Source of the DNA: Eledone cirrhosa
Lineage: Eukaryota
Assembly (NCBI GenBank): GCA_964016885.1
Contig: OZ024746.1
Span: 66,898,001-66,962,000 of the forward strand
Direction: 5' to 3'
DNA: 64,000 bases
Below, one piece after another: positions 57,176-64,000 of this stretch. Made by a program: the position numbers and the translations under genes. The notes beneath the pieces are model-generated. The model was not told the origin of the DNA. It worked only from the letters and a program-made list of their open reading frames with translations, and searched no databases. The stretch's first letter is position 1, and every line of letters begins with the position of its first letter.

Positions 57176-57784
57176 TTCAATAAAATTATTTTTATTGAAT
57201 TCTGCACTAACTAAATTGCCTCTTATAAATTCTAGAATGTTTTCACAAACACTGTTATGCTAATTATAGAAGACGCATTACGACTTGACTTTACGGTATA
57301 TCAATCATATAAGTAATAGCATTGCGTTCACTCTATGAATTATTCTTTCTTGTAGACTATGATTAATTTTCTCGGGCAGTAGAAAAATCATTTTGATAAA
57401 CGACTGTAAATTATTTTCAAAAGAATTACCTGCATTGTTTCCTTGAATGACATTATCAAATTGACTTAAGATACAAAAGAATATTGCATCAATAAATGTT
57501 TCATTTGATATATAGATGCTTTTAAATATTTGAATTAGTAATCGAATGTCCAAAACTCTAGTTGATTTACTTGCAAACTTTCTACTATCTATATAGTTTC
57601 GCAGTTAAAGATTTATTTGACATAAATCTATAATCAGAATTAGCCATCGCGATTTAATCGGAAATGAATATTTTACATTAAATAATAATTGATATTGAAT
57701 TATTCGTGTTTGAAATACTAAAGTACCATTTTAAATACATGAGTGAGTTTCTATAAACAAGCATCCACACAAATATACACATGC

Positions 57785-57970
<186 letters not shown>

Positions 57971-57971
57971 A

Positions 57972-58040
<69 letters not shown>

Positions 58041-58139
58041 TCGCATCTAATGCAAGGCAAACTTCAAACCCTCCATCTCAGTTTTACGTCTTGAATAGCA
58101 TAAGAACTGTGAAACCGGTAAAGTAAATAAATGAATACT

Positions 58140-58230
58140 CTGCTCTATGAGTTCAAATCCCGACGAAGTCAACTTTGCCTTTCATCATTTCGGGGTCGAT
58201 GAAAAAGTACCAGTCTAGTACTGAGGTCTA
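58140..58230 (+). mobile_element. SINE fragment (B box and core)
   Basis: GAGTTCAAATCCCG...GCCTTTCATCATTTCGGGGTCGAT. Confidence 0.75.
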
Positions 58231-58910
58231 TTCTTCCTCTGTCTCTTTGATGGAAAACTGTTGTACTCAGTCCTTGAAAGTGGTGGGCTGCGCAAGGCTA
58301 AAAAATGCTCAAGAAAAGCTGTATCACAATACGGCACCCCAACGACCTTACATATATTAAATTATAGTCTAGTTATAAACCTTCTACCATCACCATCTTC
58401 TCTGCATTTCATAAGTATTGACCACGAGAAACCCCTCTACGTTACACCAAAGAACAATAATTTAAACAAAATTTGACATAATTTAAAATATTCCAACATC
58501 TATCACGTTAGTATTTCAAACATCAGGTAATTCTTACATATTCCTATGCATATATTTGGCTGCAAGTTTCATCGAGTTTATATGTGATATATTTGGTGTT
58601 AACATGAAAAAAAACTGTTCACCTCCATCAAAATATAAGCTCCAATTTATAAGAAAATCAGTAAATGATATTTAGAGAGAGGAAACTTATATTTCAATCT
58701 GACAGATGTCAGTATTATAAAAATTCTTCGAAATTCTTTACTAATAGAAAATGTGAAAAAAGATAAAAAGTTGTATTTTTGTGTGTTTGTGCGTGTTTCC
58801 ATGTGTCTCTTAAACACACAGACACACACATATATGTATGCATATAAATGTGTGTGTGTATTTACGTATTATATATTTTGGGTGTTCCAAACAATCAGCA
58901 ATAAACATTA

Positions 58911-59095
58911 TAATTGTTTCTACATTGGGGACAAGCCCAGCAATTATCCCAATTCATTACTGGTACTTTATTTTATCGACTCCGTAAGGATGAAAGCAAA
59001 GTTAACCTCGGCGGGATTTGAACTCAGAATAGCAAGAGCCATAACTCTGTGCGTCAAAGCATGGTGTTCGACTTTCTACTGATACTACCAATCCA
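58911..59095 (-). mobile_element. tRNA-derived SINE
   Basis: Family head, core and tail. Confidence 0.88.
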
Positions 59096-59259
59096 ATGAC
59101 ATTTAGATACGTAGCAAATTTGAGATGTGAGAAAAACCACAAGCCCTCCATTTCAATTCTACTTTTAAAAAAGCACAAGAACTGCGAAACGGGTAAAGGA
59201 ACCAAATAAATATCTAAAAAAAAGAGACTCTAGTTGCATTTTCGATTTCATCTTTTTTT

Positions 59260-59301
<42 letters not shown>

Positions 59302-59305
<4 letters not shown>

Positions 59306-60780
59306 TATATGATAAACATTTACATCTTTTTGTTGCAATTGACAATAAATAGCTAGAATGAAATATCTTAATTCAAATACATATAGTCTGCCTGTACAGA
59401 TCTAAAAAATAATAAATCAATACTCACAAACACATATGGGCAAAAGGCTACTTAATGAAGTTACTAGATTTTTTTCCGAGGTGAAGTTACTTAAATTTCA
59501 AAATACAGACTTTTTCCGCAGATGAGTCCGAACTTCAAAATTTAAACGTGTTTCACAAAGGATGGTATAATAGTGAAATAATTAATTAATTAGTAATGAG
59601 TTAATTAATTTTCTGTGTTTATCAATAGGTACCCAGATAAATTAAGTAACTTCACCTCGGAAAAATATCTAAGATCTGGTTAACGTAGCGAAAATACACG
59701 AGGTTTTGCACACGACTTATTCTAATCCTCTAGCCTCCCACACTCATAGTGCTAGAAATAACAGCCGTTTATATGCGATTACAAATTCAGCTCAACTGAG
59801 GGAGAGGTAATATAATATAACTTAGACTTTACACTCAATGGGGTCATTTACAATTATGTTAGCTCTAAGAATCGCTTCTGAGCAGTATAAATTAATATAT
59901 GATAAACATTTACATGTTTTTGTTGCAATTGACAATAAATAGCTAGAATGAAATATCTTAATTCAAATACATATAGTCTGCTTGTATAGATCTAAAAAAT
60001 AATAAATCAATACTCACAAACACATATGGGCAAAAGGCCTTGGTACCTAGACACGTTTAAATTTCAAAATACAAACTTTTTCCGCAGATCAGTCCGAACT
60101 TCAAAATTTAAACGTGTTTCAGAAAATATTAATTTATACTGCTCAGAAGCGATTCTTAGAGCTAAAATAATTGTAAATGACCCCATTGAGTGTAAACTCT
60201 AAGTTATATTATATTACTGCTCCCTCAGTTGAGCTGAATTTGTAATCCCATATAAACGGCTATTATTTCTAGCACTATGAGTGTGGGAGGCTAGAGGATT
60301 GGAATAAGTCGTGTGCAAAACCTCGTGTATTTTCGCTACGTTAACCAGACCTTAGATTTTTTTCCGAGGTGAAGTTACTTAATTTATCTGGGTACCTATT
60401 GATAAACACAGAAAATTAATTAACTCACTACTAATTAATTAATTATTTCACTATTATACCATCCTTTGTGAAACACGTTTAAATGTTGAAGTTCGGACTG
60501 ATCTGCGGAAAAAGTTTGTATTTTGAAATTTAAACGTGTCTAGGTACCAAGGCCTTTTGCTCATATGTGTTTGTGAGTATTGATTTATTATTTTTTAGGT
60601 CTGTACAGGCAGACTATATGTATTTGAATTAAGATATTTCATTCTAGCTATTTATTGTCAATTGCAACAAAAACATGTAAATGTTGATCATATATCAATT
60701 TATACTGCTCAAAAGCGATTCTTAGAGCTAAACTAATTGTAAATGACCCCATTGAGTGTAAACTCTAAGTTATATTATAT
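59302..60780. repeat. About 570-590-bp unit in partial tandem, then inverted partial tandem
   Basis: TTAATATATGATAAACATTTAC occurs at 59302 and 59892. The reverse block runs from about 60126, with TATACTGCTC at 60135 and 60701. Confidence 0.9.
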
Positions 60781-60817
60781 ATATATACATGGAACTCCTT
60801 TAACCATCTTTTGATCT

Positions 60818-60896
<79 letters not shown>

Positions 60897-60917
60897 ATAT
60901 ATATATATATATATTTA

Positions 60918-60989
<72 letters not shown>

Positions 60990-61010
60990 ATATATATATA
61001 TATATATTTA

Positions 61011-61087
<77 letters not shown>

Positions 61088-61094
61088 GTATATA

Positions 61095-61268
<174 letters not shown>

Positions 61269-61570
61269 CAGTTCAAGAGTAACAATCTTAAAGAGAGAGA
61301 TGGAGATAGTAGAGGAGATATGAGAGGAGAGATTGGTGAGTTAGTTAGAAGCCAAAGCGTAAAGGCATGTGCTCAATGCGCAATATGCAGTAGAAAGCAG
61401 CTAGGTGGCTGGGTTCATGCAGAAGATATGTGCGCAGAGCTGGAAATATTCATTAGTTAAGCAAAACAAGGCCATACACTTCACAAGGAAGACATTATTA
61501 AAAGATTGTCAACATATTTTAGTTTGATCTAAGGAATGTAGAGAATAATAATAATAATATTAATAATAAT

Positions 61571-61752
61571 TGTTTCTACTTTAGGCACAAGGCCAGCAAT
61601 TACCCAGTGCATTACGGGTACTTTATTTTATCGACCCCGTAAGGATGAAAGGCAAAGTCAACCTCGGCGGCATTTGAACCCAGATCGTAAAGGGCCGTAA
61701 CTATGCTGGAAAGCATGCGTCCGACCCTCCACCGATACTGCCAATCCACCGC
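61571..61752 (-). mobile_element. tRNA-derived SINE with 12-bp TSD ATTAATAATAAT
   Basis: TSD at 61559-61570 and 61753-61764. The empty site is visible in the opposite arm at about 63760-63795. Confidence 0.9.
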
Positions 61753-62265
61753 ATTAATAATAATAATGTCCGTTTACAATTGTTTCGCTACTCCATATAA
61801 TATTTCTGGATCAGATGATTATATATCATAATTGATCTGGTTCAGTTGAAACTAATTAACATATTTAAAAAACAGAGTGGCTCATCGGAACTTCAAAGGA
61901 ATATAAACTAAAATAATGGGATAATGTTACATAATATAGTGTTCCATATATTGGTTTTTACTATGGTGTCTTGGTTGCATCAGTTGTCAGCCATAATCAA
62001 GCAGTATTCATATGTCGAGGCTGCATTGTGTGAGATCTGCCTATGGGTAATAATATGGCTACCAAAGGGCATATTTACCTTACTAATTAGAGGGTGGTTT
62101 CAGGGGAAGTAACTTCCCGAGAGATTAGAAATTGTGAGTGTTTATAGTTAAGTGCTAATTTTTAAATTTTTTAATTGAGAGACAATATAGGGGAGGTAAC
62201 TTATAATTATCGAGTTGTTCATAGCAATTTAACTTATTAGCTACAAGTAAAATCGGGCTACATGA

Positions 62266-63445
62266 CTAAGTTGGGTCAAACATTCTATTGGCGAAGGAAT
62301 TAGCCCTTCGATGTTGACAGCTAATGGTTACCTCCGTTCTATCGTTAATCGGTAGAGGTCGTGATAGAGTTATGTAATATGCTTCTGTAACACAGAGATC
62401 ACAAGATTTTTTTCGTCCATTGAACGGTTGGGCCCTAGCCACGATATCCCATTTTAGTGAGTGTTTAACGTTGTTTAATTTAAGGTTTTTAATGAGCCTA
62501 GCTAGAGATGTCGAACATCTGTTGCTAGGGTCTCGGAAAGAAAAAGAGTGCGCATTATAGCGTACCTTAAAATGGTTAGAGGTAGACCCGATATAAGAGC
62601 TGGTATTCGAAGCAGTCTCAACCGTGCACCTGTAGACTATGTTGGGTGTCAGGCAGTGTCCATTTAATGGGCATGCATTGGGGTAACGGCAGTTGCAGTT
62701 GCTTCTGCGGTTAGTGAGAGTTGGGTTGTTTAACCTAAGCGGTAGGTCCGTGCTAGAAGGATTAGATGTGGGAGGTGTGCTACTAGCGTAATTATTGGTG
62801 TAGTGGCGTGGTGTATTTGATAGCGGTGGTGGTACCGCGGTGTGGGAGTTATACTGTCTTAGTTTATGATGGTTACTGAACGCGATGTGGCTAGCTAAGT
62901 TAGGTGTTGTGGAGAATGAGATTTTAATGTTATTTTTATTAAAGAGTTTGTAATATCTATGGTGGGGGTGGGGTGGATAGGATAGAGTAGAAGCGTTTGG
63001 GCATATTAGTGGCTAGATTAGATAAGAATAGGGGGTTGAGACGGGTGATATTTCTAGGTCTATTCCTTCTAGGGGTTCTAGTGGAGTTGGTAGGGTTAGT
63101 ATTACCTGGGGATTTGTTATTTGTCGTGCCATTTCTCATTCCTATTCTAGGGTTGATTTTTAGTTTGCTACTTGGAGTGGGGAGCAGGCCGCTGCCACCA
63201 TTAAAGTTCCCTGTATAGGTGCTGTTACTGCTAAAATTCCGGCGAATCTGGCTATATGCTAAGGTATTTCTAGTTCTAGCGTTAAGTTTATTATGGTGAA
63301 TTGCTGTTTTATGGCATTTAGGTATGTAGTAAATGGATTGTTTATAACCAGATTCAGAGAGAGCCTTATTATAATATTGTGCGTGGTTTATAGATATCTC
63401 CTCATTTGCTGATAGCATTGAGATCCTATAGGAGATAGATTTGAA
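62266..63445 (-). pseudogene. Naiad-type PLE ORF fragment (thumb, CxCx5C linker, GIY-YIG), frameshift near 62960
   Basis: KSISYRISMLSAN...YYNKALSESGY; then HRYYKLFNKNNIKISFSTTPNL...CNCRYPNACPLNGHCLTPNIVYRC...YIGSTSNHFKVRYNAH...CDLCVTE...ISCQHRR...FDPT* with the stop at 62266-62268. The last part is missing from the ORF track because it has no start codon. Confidence 0.88.
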
Positions 63446-63637
63446 TATGCCCTTTGGCAGCCATATTGTTACCCATAGGCAAATCTCACACAATGCAGCC
63501 TCGACAGATGAATACTGCTTGATTATGGCTGACAACTGATGCAAGACACCATAGTAAAGACACCATAGTAAAAACCAGTATATGGAACACTATATTATGT
63601 AACATTATCCCACTATTTTAATTTAGAGTCCTTTGAG

Positions 63638-63757
63638 GTTCCGATGAGCCACTCTGTTTTTTAAATATGTTAATTATTTTCAACTGATCCAGATCAATTA
63701 TGATATATAATCATCTGATCCTGAAATATTATATTGAGTAGCGAAACAATTGTAAAC
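63638..63757 (+). ncRNA. Variant hammerhead (CCGAUGA core, enlarged stem II); mirror copy at 61772-61891 on the minus strand
   Basis: GTT-CCGATGA-GCcACTC...(about 80 nt)...GAGTaGC-GAAA-CAATTG-T-A-AAC. Palindromic stem III ACAATTGT; GUA triplet at 63752-63754. Confidence 0.6.
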
Positions 63758-64000
63758 GGACATTATTATTATTAATATTATTATTATTATTTTCTACATA
63801 CCTTACATCAAACTAAAATATGTTGACAATCTTTTAATAATGTCTTCCTTGTGAAGTTTGTGGCCTTGTTTTGCTTAACTAATGAATATATATATATATA
63901 TATATAAAATGATATGAAACGTAAGGAGCTGTGTGGTAACTAAAAACAAGGTTTACGATGGTGGTTAGGACGGAACAAGAGGAGAAAGTTTTCATCGTCA

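Larger units (their letters stand above)
61446..63889 (-). mobile_element. 5'-truncated Naiad-type PLE with inverted pseudo-LTRs (61446-62075 and 63444-63889)
   Basis: About 450-bp inverted repeats (excluding the SINE in the left arm), each with an HHR-like motif, flank an RT-thumb/GIY-YIG coding fragment. Confidence 0.85.

Overview
AT-rich eukaryotic DNA saturated with (TA)n, (CA)n, (ATT)n and (GAT)n microsatellites. The composition and SINE family suggest an octopod cephalopod (inference). I found no convincing host gene, and nearly all short ORFs in the track are translations of microsatellites. The window contains: two Naiad-type Penelope-like elements (PLEs; 1208-3375 and 61446-63889, the latter with inverted pseudo-LTRs); two copies of an L1/Tx1 LINE (7270-13298 near full length; 23114-27110 internally deleted, with a different ORF1), both embedded in (ATT)n; about 20 copies of a tRNA-derived SINE; and relics of R4/Dong, CRE, RTE, mariner and probable Chapaev3 elements. 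The most striking unannotated pattern is more than a dozen hammerhead-ribozyme (HHR) motifs in short elements from several families. These mostly sit in (TA)n tracts and several form fold-back inverted duplications, including a perfect 637-bp palindrome and a 45-bp hairpin. All alignments and folds were done by eye, so boundaries are approximate unless stated.
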